Assembly: GCA_965235115.1 (NCBI GenBank)
Contig: OZ249443.1
Span: forward strand, 14,694,001 to 14,758,000
DNA length: 64,000 nucleotides
Direction of reading: 5' to 3'
Origin: Laetmonice hystrix
Taxonomy: Eukaryota
Below the pieces are notes generated by a model that was given only the letters and a program-made list of their open reading frames with translations, was not told the origin of the DNA and searched no databases. Shown piece after piece: positions 63,870 through 64,000 of this stretch. The translations under genes were made by a program, and so were the position numbers. Position 1 is the stretch's first letter. Each line of letters begins with the position of its first letter.

Positions 63870-63884
63870 CTACCAGGTGGCAGT
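63870..63884 (+). promoter_or_regulatory. CTCF-like motif
   Basis: CTACCAGGTGGCAGT, 12/13 to the core. Confidence 0.45.
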
Positions 63885-64000
63885 ATTGGACATCAAGCAC
63901 ACACAAACCCTCAATAGAACTAGAAAATTAAACTGAAGAAAACCTCGAGTAGCACGTTTTTGGGGGGATGAATTGAATGACTGCCTAGACTTGTCATCTG

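Noticed and set aside
1-64000. Possibility that the sequence is reversed or complemented (TA about equal to AT, and CTAG locally above GATC, in spot counts)
   Set aside because: Direction-dependent motifs (CTCF cores, CCCTAA seeds, CCAAT context, TAGGCCTA) occur in native orientation along the whole window, and I did not see their mirror images enriched.

Overview
This window looks like animal (bilaterian) genomic DNA, about 40-45% GC by eye, and is mostly non-coding. I found no prokaryotic operon, no CRISPR/cas, no rRNA or tRNA, and no protein domain I can name. The longest ORF in the track is 185 aa, and the ORFs look like chance frames or repeat artefacts. Well supported directly from the sequence are three minisatellite arrays: 15 x 40/42 bp at 20.2-20.8 kb, a 40+43 bp two-unit higher-order array at 28.3-29.4 kb, and 8 x 49 bp with telomere-like seeds at 50.5-50.9 kb. 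Also well supported are several short tandem duplications, small inverted-repeat (MITE-like) elements, microsatellites, long C/G homopolymers and a clear excess of CTCF-type motifs. A few spliced-exon candidates exist (best: 29653-29404, minus strand), but none can be assigned to a gene. I cannot support a new multi-gene system here. The most interesting neighbourhood is 27-31.3 kb. It holds a candidate minus-strand gene with a triplicated CCAAT/CRE module upstream and, in a putative intron, an alternating A/B array carrying 23 CTCF-like cores that point away from adjacent plus-strand CTCF motifs. All regulatory and taxonomic statements are motif-based inference. The expected counts quoted are hand estimates assuming 42% GC and independent bases.
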